From positions 124,001 through 188,000 of the forward strand of contig JAKMXF010000322.1 of assembly GCA_024704765.1 (NCBI GenBank): a stretch of DNA of 64,000 nt. The letters are read 5' to 3'. The notes under the pieces were generated by a model. It was given only the letters and a program-made list of their open reading frames with translations. It was not told the origin of the DNA and ran no database searches. Origin of the DNA: Oopsacas minuta. Taxonomy: Eukaryota > Animalia > Porifera. Both the position numbers and the translations under genes were made by a program. Shown piece after piece: positions 24,201-35,200 of this stretch. Every line of letters begins with the position of its first letter. Position 1 is the first letter of the stretch.

Positions 24201-27160
24201 CGAGGAAGGGCTCATTATCCGTCACTTCGCCGGGGCAGTTTGTTACTCTACCAAAGGATTTATTGACAAGAACAACGACGCCCTCCATGACTCCCTTGAG
24301 CAACTAATGTTAGAAAGCAAGGACACAATGATACGTGGCCTAGTGGCTGATAATGTGGATAAGAAGGTCACAGGAAAATTGGTATTCATCTCAATAGGAG
24401 GGAATTTTCGTAGACAGCTGGGGAAACTAATGGATAAGCTTTACAGTACTGGGAGCTCTTTCATACGATGTATTAAGCCCAATAGTTACATGAAACCAGG
24501 TAGGTTAAGATGTAGCCATAGAAGTCATTATTTGGTACCAATGAGCTCGTGTTTTGTTCCTCTAGGTGGGAATTTGGTACCCACGGGGGTCTTTAGTACC
24601 ATTGGGAAAATTCAAATACAACCAGTTCCTGTTATATCTAACACGGATATATAGAAATACCCGCTTATGTCGGAGTAATTGTAAGGGTCCCTTGAGCTAA
24701 GATATAACTGGAATTGACTGTATCTTTGCCTCACAAAGGTGTTAAGATTATTAATATACATGTAGGAGAGTTCCAGGGAGGATCAATCCTATCACAGCTC
24801 CAATGCGCAGGCATGGTATCGGTCCTTGAGCTCATGCAGGGAGGTTACCCGTCCAGAGCCAACTTTAACGACCTCTATAATATGTACAAGGGTCTCTTAC
24901 CTCCGAAACTACAGAGACTACAGCCAAGATTGTTCTGTGAAGCTCTGTTTAGGGCCCTGGGGATGTTACCCTCTGATTATGCATTTGGAATGTCTAAGGC
25001 AAGTTAATAGTAAACAAACAACAAACAAATAAACAAACAAACAATATATTCTCTAGGTATTCTTCAAACCTGGAAAGTTTGCCCTCTTCGATCAGATAAT
25101 GCACTCAGATCCTGATAATCTCAATCAGCTGATTGCTAAAGTTGAGCACTGGCTAATCCGTAAAAGATGGAAGAAACTAATTTTTGGCGCAATATCAGTT
25201 CTAAAATTAGCCAAGAAGATACAATTCAGGAACGAGCATGCTGTCATTATTCAGAAATGGGTCAGGATGTTCCTAGCGGTCCGAAAGCATAGACCAAGGT
25301 GAGATTGATCCCCTGCTGGAAGGGGAACATCTAGAGGTACTACTTGTACTTCAATAGGTGTTATAATACAGTGTATCTCCACAAGGGTCATTTGTCTGTA
25401 TATGTAAATCCTTATGTTGTACAGGTACTTGGGAATCAAGAAAATCGGTCTTTTGAGGAGACAGTTGGAGCAGATGTCAGGTATCGTTGGTAACTTGAAA
25501 GAAAATAAAGATAAGTTCAGTGCAGAAATTGAAGGAATACAAATTGCTATAGTCGCAGCTATACAAGCAATACGTGATACACCTAATCTTGGAAGAACAA
25601 TGATCGAACAAAAGTTAGTTCCAGTTCCTCACACCTTATTTAAAATTGTTCATAACCTGGAGACTTTGCTTCGTGTTTGAATATGCTGGCCCATAACCCC
25701 TAATCTATTGCAGACCTGTTTTGTTATTATAGATACAAAGAACTACAGTCAATGGCAGAGGGTAAACTTGGGGAACTGTTAGAACAGGAAGTAAGACAGA
25801 AGGAGAAAGAAGAGGCAGAGAGATTAAGGAAGATCCAAGAGGAGATGGAGCTAGATAGGAAGAGGCGAGAGGCCGAGGAGGCCAGCCGGCTTGCTGAGGA
25901 AGAAGAGAGGGAGAAGAGGAAACAGGAGGAGGAGAGGGAGAGGGTGTTAAGACAAGAACTAGAGGACAGGAGACGGTTAGAAGAGGCAGAGAGAAAGAAA
26001 ATGGAGGTTAGAATTTATTTATAATTCAATAACAACAAACAACAATTTTGTATTATAACCAAAAGGTGTGAAAATATGATTAACCCTGCTCCTATTAGCA
26101 TTTACCCATAGGTGTCAATTTATAATATTTCTATAGGAATCAATGGCTGCAGAGATGGCAAAGCTTAGCCTCCTTGAAGCAGAAGAGGACGCTATTCGGA
26201 GGCAACAGGAAGAGCAGGAGAGGATGGATTATGAGCTCGCCTGTAGGATCGCAGAGGTCGAGGCAACCACAACCTCTGGGGGTGATGTCATTGAGACACA
26301 GAACATCGCTATGGAGTCCAGATTGGCGCGTAAAACACTCAAAAGAGGCGCCAATATGAAAGCTAAACAGCAAGCATCTTCCGCTAAAAAAATCGATTTA
26401 CGGAAATGGAAGTATGCAGAACTGAGAGACACAATCAATACCAGCTGTGAAATAGAGCTACTCAATGCCTGCAGAGAAGAATTTCATAGGTCAGTTTCTA
26501 TGCATATTTATTCAGGAATTCCTGGGCGGTACTTTTTCCTGTGGGACTCCTGGAATGAAGGTGTGAAGATATGTTATTTATGGTGTTGTTTAAATATACA
26601 GGCGTTTGCGTGTGTATAACGCCTGGAAAATGAAGAACAAAAGACGTGACGATGCAGGGGGTAGGGACGCTAATGAGACACAACGTGTCCCCCAGGACAT
26701 CATGCAGATAGCGGAACAATCCGGGAAAGCAGGGGGACCACCCCCGCTCCCCCAGAGGACAGTTTCTATCATTGAGGACCAAAAGCAGAGATATTTTAAG
26801 ATACCCTTCATAAGACCTTCTGATCAAAGTAAGTTATTTGAATGGTAATGACACTTTTCCTGACACTATTCTTGTTCTCTAGGCAAGAAAGGGTATCGGA
26901 AAAAGGGTTGGTGGTTGGCACATTTCGATGGACAATGGATCGCGCGCCAAATGGAACTACACCCTGATAAGCAAGCAATTCTATTGGTTGCTGGGGTAGA
27001 CGACTTAGAAATGTGTGAATTAAGTTTAGATGAGACTCGTTTGGCGCAAAAACCGGGCGCGGAAGTTTTGGAAAAAGATTTTGAGACTGTTTGGATGAAA
27101 TATGGCGGTAAGAGTTATACCCGCCCAATTCAACGCGCCAAAGATGCCGCTACTAATTAG
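21224..27160 (+). CDS. MYO6: Myosin VI (motor, insert-2, IQ, SAH, cargo-binding domain); multi-exon
   Basis: Motifs [37 protein letters not shown], insert-2 [13 protein letters not shown]-rich [35 protein letters not shown] and [22 protein letters not shown]. Confidence 0.97.
22243..22382 (+). mobile_element. About 140-bp intronic repeat starting ATCATATGATTAATCATATTTTCACACCTTTTGG (myosin VI intron)
   Basis: Similar copies at 16166-16305 and 3454-3591 (reverse). Degenerate terminal inverted repeats TAATCRTRTT..ACAC. Confidence 0.7.
24619..24720. mobile_element. TA-flanked MITE (Tc1/mariner-pogo-like) in a myosin VI intron
   Basis: Imperfect TIRs CAACCAGTTCCTGTTATATCT / AGATATAACTGGAATTGACTG, with TA on both sides. 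Confidence 0.75.
24999..25056 (+). other. GC-AG intron in myosin VI
   Basis: AAG|GCAAGT...CTCTAG|GTATTC restores [12 protein letters not shown]. The nearby GT at 25003 would frameshift. Confidence 0.8.
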
Positions 27161-27621
27161 TTTGTTATTTATTTTATTTTAGAGACTCTCAGTAAATTAT
27201 TTGAAATTGTGTCACAATTGTGGCGCTTTTCACACCTTGTGAACACTTTATTTATTGAATTTATGGTTTTATTGTTTATATTCATGTTAGGTTTTGTTTG
27301 AATGATAGTATTGTGAATGCAAATATGTCTCTTATGGATACTTACACGAACACGCTTAAACTAACAAAAGAGTAACACAAACAAACAAACAGAAAATAGA
27401 CGGACAAATACACAAACAAGTAAACAGACAAATAAACAGACAAATACACAAACAAGTAAACAGACAAACAAAATTCCCGCGTGTTAGTGCCCAAATATTT
27501 GCTTTGACTACAAACATTAACTAATACTCACTTATAATACACCCATATAATCACTATTTGAATTTTGTTGATATTAAATAGTGTATTTAGGTGTTTTGTT
27601 GTTTAGTTCTTTTTGATAAAG

Positions 27622-29253
27622 ATGTCGTTTATATATTCACAAACAAGGTCTGATCCTTATTCAGATGTTCTTGCTGGTGGCAGAGGGGAGATTTCGCTCT
27701 CTAGCAAACTTGGTCATCATTCACCGTCCTATTTCGATGCGCCGTCTAGTTTGCATCATCCCGATTTGAAAGTTGTCGATTCGATTGAGCACGACTTGAA
27801 ACGCGAGTACGAATTGGAGGCCCGGAGAAATTATGAACGCGAACGCGAGTTGGAAGATGAGAGGGAAGTCGTAGGAAGGGGATACCTCCATGAACGTGAG
27901 GAGTTGGAGAGGGAGAGAAGAGCTGAGTTGGACAGAGACCGCGATCGGCGGATTGACATACGTGATAGGTTCGAACGTCCTTCGGTCCGAGCACGTAACA
28001 CGAAAGTTGTCGTAGACAATCTGCCATATTCGGTGAAATGGCCCGAATTCAAAGAATTCATGAAGAAAGCTGGCGAGGTGATTTTTGCGGATGTTTTTAT
28101 GGATAACAGTGGTAAATCGAAAGGATGTGGCATTGTCGAGTACGCGAATATCGAAAGTGCAGATCGAGCTATGAGTGAGTTGGATGGACAGGATTTCGTT
28201 GGTCGCCGTATATCCGTTCGTGAGGACAGATACCCTGAGGTTAGTGAACAGCTGAAGAGGAATGCTATGGGTTTTTCACGTGGCGCTCCAGTTCCATCCG
28301 GGCTTTCGTCCTCGGGGGCTTCTGGCGATCCTGCTTGCACCGTCTTTGTCGGAAACCTTGATTATGAAGTGTCGTGGCAGAAATTGAAAGATGTTTTTCG
28401 GGTGGCTGGGCTTGTGATTCGTTCTGACATATTTGTAGATCGGGACAGTCGATCCCGGGGTTACGGAACTGTCGAATTTAGCATTCCAAAAGAGGCGCTA
28501 AATGCAATTATGCTCTTTCACGGACAGATGTTGAATAATCGACCAATGGTTGTACGGATGGATAAGGCCAATTTGCATTCGAGTCCTGATTCTTCCAGCA
28601 TGCGTATGTCAAGATCCTCGGACAGTTCACGTATGCCTCTTTCTAGTTTGGAGAGGAAAAGGCGGGAAATTGCGTTACGCGAGTTGGAAGCAGAGCGGAT
28701 GCATGAGGATCGAATTGTCTCACGGAGGTATCTGGATAATTTCGCATTAGGCCGCGACTCAATCGATCCGATCCGTCGAATCCGAGATCCTTATGATGAC
28801 ATTCTTCTGTCCAGAGAATTCCGACGCGATTCGATTGCGGACCGTTATAGGGATCATGATCCTTTGTATCACAGGGACCTTCTAGATTACCCCATCCCTT
28901 CGGCTAAGCGGTCACGGATGTCCCTTATGAACCGGACATTTTCCCCACCGCCTCCTAGGCGACCTGGAGGGGAGCCTTTTCGGGTGCGAAAGAGTGATGC
29001 AACAGGTCCAAATCGAACCGTTTTTGTCCGTAACCTTCCGTATGCTGTAGGATGGCAAGAGTTGAAGGATTTGTTCCGAGAGTCAGGCCTGTTCGTCGCT
29101 AATGCCGACGTGGCGAAAGACGATTTTGGGAAATCTCGTGGTTTCGGTCTTGTGACACTTGAAAGTGTAGAAGACGCCAAACTGTCGATTGAGAAATTTG
29201 ATGGATTCGAGATGAAGGGGCGGAAACTTGAAGTTCGTATGGACAAGTTTTAG
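27622..29253 (+). CDS. Intronless three-RRM RNA-binding protein, hnRNP M/MYEF2/Gbp2-Hrb1 family, with RE/RD-rich regions
   Basis: RRMs VVVDNLPYSVKWPEFKEFMKKAGEV..KSKGCGIVEY, VFVGNLDYEVSWQKLKDVF..SRGYGTVEF and VFVRNLPYAVGWQELKDLF..KSRGFGLV. First ATG is at 27622. Confidence 0.85.
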   Translation: MSFIYSQTRSDPYSDVLAGGRGEISLSSKLGHHSPSYFDAPSSLHHPDLKVVDSIEHDLKREYELEARRNYERERELEDEREVVGRGYLHEREELERERRAELDRDRDRRIDIRDRFERPSVRARNTKVVVDNLPYSVKWPEFKEFMKKAGEVIFADVFMDNSGKSKGCGIVEYANIESADRAMSELDGQDFVGRRISVREDRYPEVSEQLKRNAMGFSRGAPVPSGLSSSGASGDPACTVFVGNLDYEVSWQKLKDVFRVAGLVIRSDIFVDRDSRSRGYGTVEFSIPKEALNAIMLFHGQMLNNRPMVVRMDKANLHSSPDSSSMRMSRSSDSSRMPLSSLERKRREIALRELEAERMHEDRIVSRRYLDNFALGRDSIDPIRRIRDPYDDILLSREFRRDSIADRYRDHDPLYHRDLLDYPIPSAKRSRMSLMNRTFSPPPPRRPGGEPFRVRKSDATGPNRTVFVRNLPYAVGWQELKDLFRESGLFVANADVAKDDFGKSRGFGLVTLESVEDAKLSIEKFDGFEMKGRKLEVRMDKF

Positions 29254-29455
29254 TGACACCCTCCACACCTTTCCTAGTAATTAGCTCATTAGTTATATGT
29301 TTGTTGTTGTGACGTATAGGTTGTTTGTCAAGTTGGTATTTACGCAACTTTGTTGGTGAGTTTGTTGTTGTTGACATATTAAAGCTTCGTAACTAATTTG
29401 AGTATTTTCTATTTGTGTGCCATAATTGATGGTATCGAGTTGGACTATTTTTGGT

Positions 29456-29661
29456 TTTGGCGCGTAAATATTCTGCTGGTGTATTTAGGCGCGCAATCTG
29501 ATAATTTTACAAATTTGTTAAATATGGAAAATTCCATATTTTAAGTGTGAAAATACTTATTAGGTTTAGGCGCGTAAATATTCTGCTGTTGTGTATTTAG
29601 GCGCGCAATCTAGTATTTGAGCGGGCTTTCTGATAATTTTCAAATGGTTTAAATATGGAAA
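29456..29661. repeat. Local duplication (about 80-100 bp x2) carrying four GGCGCG motifs, between the RRM gene and Sec61 alpha
   Basis: GGCGCGTAAATATTCTGCTG..TATTTAGGCGCGCAATCT..AAATATGGAAA occurs twice. Confidence 0.8.
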
Positions 29662-29953
29662 TACTATTGTTATCGGTTAGCATTCCTAGCCACCATATCG
29701 GTTGTTAAGTAGCGGTTAATGATTTGGTTTATGGTTTTATGGTTGAGTGTATTGTAGGCTTTCGTTTCGATTTTCACGCACAATTTTCATTGAACTAGTT
29801 TCCTATTATATATTCACTTTTAGTGATATTTTTGTGAATTTTCATCAGTAAAATAGTGTCATCTCTATAGATAGTTCGCGCCTATTGTGTCAGACACCCT
29901 CTGTCTTTGATTGTTGTTCTAGAGGTATGATTGAAGTTCTCAAAAAGTAAATA

Positions 29954-30113
29954 CAGTCAATTCCCATTATATCTACGCTCAAGGGACCGCGATAATTACT
30001 TCGATATGACCGAAGGAATATATGTTACTTTGACGGTTTGGGACCATATTTGTACAATTTCACACTTAAGCGGGTATCTCGATATGTCCGTGTTAGATAT
30101 AACAGGAGGATTG
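29954..30113. mobile_element. MITE, same family (longer form), upstream of Sec61 alpha
   Basis: TA-CAGTCAATTCCCATTATATCTA...TTAGATATAACAGGAGG. The interior matches the copy at about 6482-6647. Confidence 0.7.
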
Positions 30114-30224
30114 TTTAAAGTATAATATTATCTTTTGACCTCTGCTTAATTGTGCCAACTACGACTGTATCGGCCCAGTTAAGCGGTGGTTCTAATTGTC
30201 CAAACATTCCATCTAGTCAGTAGA

Positions 30225-32001
30225 ATGGGTAATCCGTTGCTAGAAGCTCTCTACCCTTTCATATCAATCACCCCAGAGGTTGAGAAACCGCAAAGAAAAG
30301 TCAACTTCAAGGAGAAAGTCATGTGGACCGTGATAACACTTCTAATCTTCCTTGTTTGTTGTCAGATACCTCTTTATGGTATCGTCACAGGGGATTCAGC
30401 AGACCCCCTGTACTGGATGCGAGTCATGATGGCCTCTAACAGAGGAACATTAATGGAACTAGGGATCTCTCCTATCGTCACAAGTTCCCTCATAATGCAA
30501 TTCTTAGCAGGAGCGAAGATCATTGACGTAGGGTCTACGCCGAAGGACCGCGCGCTCTTCGAGGGTGCGCAGAAATTATTTGGTGTCATTATGACATTTG
30601 GACAGGCGACTGCCTATGTGATGACTGGTGAGTTTGATTAATCATATTTTAACACCTTTTGCCTAATAATTCAATCGCTATTTCACATTTTCCGTTTGTA
30701 TCCATGGATATATTGTATAAGAATATTTAACACCTCTTGTGTTGTTTATATTGTTGTGTATTTTCAGGTATGTATGGGGAACCAGCTTCACTAGGTGTCG
30801 TGGTGTGTATGCTAATAATTCTCCAATTATTAGTGGCTGGAATAGTTGTCCTGCTATTGGATGAGCTGTTACAAAAGGGATATGGATTGGGTTCTGGAAT
30901 TTCTTTGTTTATCACAACAAATGTTTGTGAGACAATCGTCTGGAAAGCTTTTAGCCCTATGACAATCAGTCAGGGGAAAGGGACGGAGTTCGAGGGAGCG
31001 GTGATCGCACTGTTCCACCTTTTAGCGACACGTGTCGACAAAATCCGCGGGTTGAAGGAGGCATTTTACAGGACAAACCTGCCCAATTTGACCAATCTAA
31101 TGGCTACAGTTATCATATTTTTGGTTGTCATATATTTCCAAGGATTTAAAGTCGAAATTCCAATCAAGTCAACTCGTTACCGGGGACAGAACACTTCTTA
31201 CCCAATCAAATTGTTCTATACTTCTAATATCCCAATTATCCTGCAAGGAGCTTTAGTGTCAAATTTGTTTATTATTTCACAGGTTTGTTTGTTTGTCTGT
31301 TGGCAATCTAAACAACGAAATAAACAAACAAACACTTACTCCCATCTCCCCATTTAGATGATCTCCAGTCGTTTCGCCGGTAATTTCTTAGTAGACCTAA
31401 TCGGTGTATGGCAACAGACTAGCTACAGAGCTATGCCAGTAGGAGGACTCTGTTATTATATGACAGCTCCTGAGACGTTAGCTAAAGTAGTGACAGAACC
31501 CTTACATAGCTTGCTGTATATACTATTCATGCTAGGGTCATGCGCGTTCCTCTCTGTCAAGTGGATTGATGTGAGTTTAAACTGGCATATGCCGTTTCAC
31601 ACCTCTATAATTGCCACGAAAGGATTGGCATTAAGTGGTCCAATGTATAACACCTTTGATGATTCATATTATAACACCTTTGATTAGTCATATTATAGCA
31701 CTTTTATTTTCATTTTTAGGTGTCTGGCTCGTCAGCAAAAGACGTGGCAAGACAATTGCGTGAACAAAACATGGTCATAGTTGGGTACAGAGAGACAACA
31801 ATGGTCCAACACCTCAACCAATATATTCCAACCGCAGCAGCTTTTGGCGGGCTTTGTATTGGCGCCCTTTCAGTGATCGCTGATTTTATGGGCGCGATTG
31901 GTTCTGGAACTGGCATACTTCTTGCTGTCACTATGATATATCAATATTTTGAGATATTTGCCAAAGAACAAGAATCTCTTTCAAACTATCTTATATTCTA
32001 A
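30225..32001 (+). CDS. SEC61A: Protein transport protein Sec61 subunit alpha; 4 exons (30225-30627, 30768-31282, 31358-31570, 31720-32001)
   Basis: Motifs [65 protein letters not shown] and [12 protein letters not shown]. Confidence 0.98.
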
Positions 32002-32269
32002 ATTTAGTAACAATTGTTAAACTAGCTAGAGTGATATGTTAGGTATTATGTCAACAACAATATGTTGATGTTAGTTTAGGAAAATGTTTGTTTGTTTGTT
32101 AAGATATCTTGATAGAGTGTGATTAACATATTTAGGATAGGGGATCACTTCTGGGCCCCTAGGGGATCAATTTGGTAACTCATTGGGTAATTTGTAAATC
32201 TAAGAATCCAATCATAATTTTATTTACTTGTTTGTGTTGTTATTTACCTACTAAATAGGTGTAAACAAA

Positions 32270-35200
32270 ATGGCATCAAATGATGAGATATCAAAATCAA
32301 AAGATATCTCACCACAGTCAAAATCTATAAGATTCACGGTATCACATGTAGACGCAGAGGATCATGAACATAAACCTGGCCGGCGTCCCTCTGGTCTCTA
32401 TGACACACAAGAGGGGACAATCGCTCGTGGGTCGATAGGGTACACGACACTAAACACTCAGGAGGCTTACCCAAACACCTTGTATTATAGAGATCAGGAT
32501 TCTAGTCAGGTGATTATTGACCAATGTGTTTTGATCCAAACTGTGAATTGTGGCAGATAACCTGTATGACATATTTATCACCTGTTCTCTGGAAGATGTG
32601 AATATTTCGCTTAGATATTTGAACACCTTGGAGAGCATATGTTAGTTCACATATATACCAAATTTCACGCCTGTAGCTCTTACCATTTCTTCAGAATTCA
32701 TTGAAGTATTTCCGTAAAACAGATTTGAGATTATGGAATTCTCACTTCTCCATTCTGCCATTCTTAATTGTGCCAAGCGACACAATATCGCAGTGTCCAC
32801 TTTATATAATACAGTGTAACCTCCACAAACAGGGTAACAATTTCCGGCCTCCCTCATACCCTGTTTATCAAAGTTCACTATAAACATATAAATAAACAAA
32901 TATTTCTAAACTTAGGCTATAGAAATCAAACAAAGACCAACTCTAAGGGAACTACACGAGGCGCCGATTACGACACATTTTACACAAAAGAAGTCTCCAG
33001 CACGTATCCCACATACCAAACTACAATCCCAATCCTCTGAGGAGGGTACACAGACTAAGACCGGGTTTATATCAAGAATATTTAGCGGCAGGAATAAGTA
33101 TGTAAATAGGTGTGAATTATACATATGTTGTATCACTTGTATGAGAAATCACCCTTCAGTGGTTCCAATGGACCCTTGTACCGATTTTAACACATTTATT
33201 GGACCCCCTGCTGTCGTCTGTGGGCAACCAAGGGGTCAATTGACTCCAGGTCGGTAACCACTTCCTTTTATGTAATTGGAGGTCGAATTATACCTGTATA
33301 TGATTATTTTCACACCTTTTCATTGTAGATCAAAGCCTCCAGATCCTGAGATCTCCCTTGAGAAGAAAAAGCGCAAATGTTGTCCAAAAAGTAACACGAA
33401 GGACCGCGTGAAATTCGGTTGGATCAGGGGTGTATTGATCCGATGTCTCCTCAATATATGGGGTGTTATGTTATTCATACGGCTCTCATGGGTCGTTGGA
33501 CAAGCGGGGATTGGGTACGCGAGTTTAATCATATTATTAAGCACTCTTGTGACACTTCTGACTACTATGTCTATGTCTGCTATTGCTACTAATGGCGAGA
33601 TTAAGGGAGGAGGAGCTTATTATTTAATTAGCAGGAGTTTGGGTCCAAATTTGGGAGGAGCTATTGGGATTGTATTTAGGTGAGTTCTGTTTGTAAATAA
33701 TAATAAGTTTACCAGCTGTTAAGCATTGTAAACAAACAAACTAACTAACTAACAAGTAAACAAGTAGACACAAGAACAGACAAACAAATAAACAAACAAA
33801 CTTACGAGTAAACAAGCAAGTATACAAAACGAACAGACAAACAAACCAGACAAACAAACAAACAAACAACCAAACTAACTAACAAACAAACAATCAACAA
33901 TCTATTCCTCTAGTATTGCTAACGTGGTAGCAGTTGCTCTCTATGTAATTGGATTCTCAGAGACATTGAAAGATCTAATCAAGGATTACACATATCTCCC
34001 ACCTGAACACGAAATAAACATAATTAGACTAATAGGTGTCATAACCGTAACTATCTTGCTTGGTGTCACATTAGTGGGATTGGAATGGGAAGCAAAGGTT
34101 CAATTGGTTCTACTAGCTATCCTGATAGTTGCAATGTTTGATTTTGTAATTGGTACATTCTTCCCACCTAACCGGGGAACTTGGCGACCTGAAATTCCAT
34201 TCGGCCTATCCTGTATCCAAGGATTCAGTGGATACAGTTTGGATACTTTTAGAGGAAATTGGGCAGATTCTTATACGAAGGGGAATACTTTCATATCTGT
34301 TTTTGCTATTTTCTTCCCAGCTGCAACTGGAATATTGGCTGGGGCGAATATTTCTGGCGATTTGAAGGTGAGAACTATTTGTTTGTTTGTTTGTTTGTTT
34401 GTTTATTCTATCTGTTCACAACCTTTCTGAGTTTGTAATAACGCGATCTGGGAGCAATAAACGACTGCAGGCGATCATCACAATCTCAAATGTGTATTGC
34501 AGTCTATGGGTGATCTCCATGGAGTGGAAAAAGGTTGTTAACAGTATTCCTATTGTTTATTATTATTGTTATTTGTTTACAGAATCCACAAGTTGCAATT
34601 CCCCGTGGCACTTTCATCGCTATAATTCTATCATCTATCGTATACTTAATAATGGCATGGATTGTCAGTTTTGTAATCGCCAGAGAAGCTCCAGGTATCT
34701 GTCTATTCAATGAATTCTACTTCAACAGTTCTCTGACACAAAACACCACTTGTACCACTTTTCTGCCACCTAACATCACATGTCCTACGGGTGAGAATGT
34801 GGCATTATGGCGCAAGATTAGTGCTCCATGTGTCATGGATGAATGTTTGTTTGGTTTGTTAGAAAATACACAAATGATTCGTCTTAGTTCAGCTACTGGA
34901 TTTCTTGTTACAGCTGGTATATTCTCTGCCACTTTGTCTAGTGCCCTCACCTCTCTTATTAGCGCGCCAAAGGTTTATTTACTTGTTTGTTTACTTATTT
35001 CTCTGTTTACTTGCTTGTTTATTTGTTTGTTGACCATTCTAGATATTCCAGAGAGTCTGTCGCGACAGGATCTTCCCATTTATCCACATATTCGGAGTAG
35101 GAGGTTGGACAGGGAAAGGATCAGAACCTATTCGTGGGTATTTCTTAACATACATAATAGCAGTAGCCTTCATTCTGATTGGTTCCCTGAACGAAATAGC

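Noticed and set aside
26900-26925. Myosin VI WWY adaptor motif reads WWL
   Set aside because: It is a single substitution with both Trp residues and the RRL motif intact, too little to claim altered cargo binding.
27746-29377. Antisense ORFs over the RRM gene (169, 119, 93 aa and others)
   Set aside because: They are expected shadows of a GC-richer coding strand.
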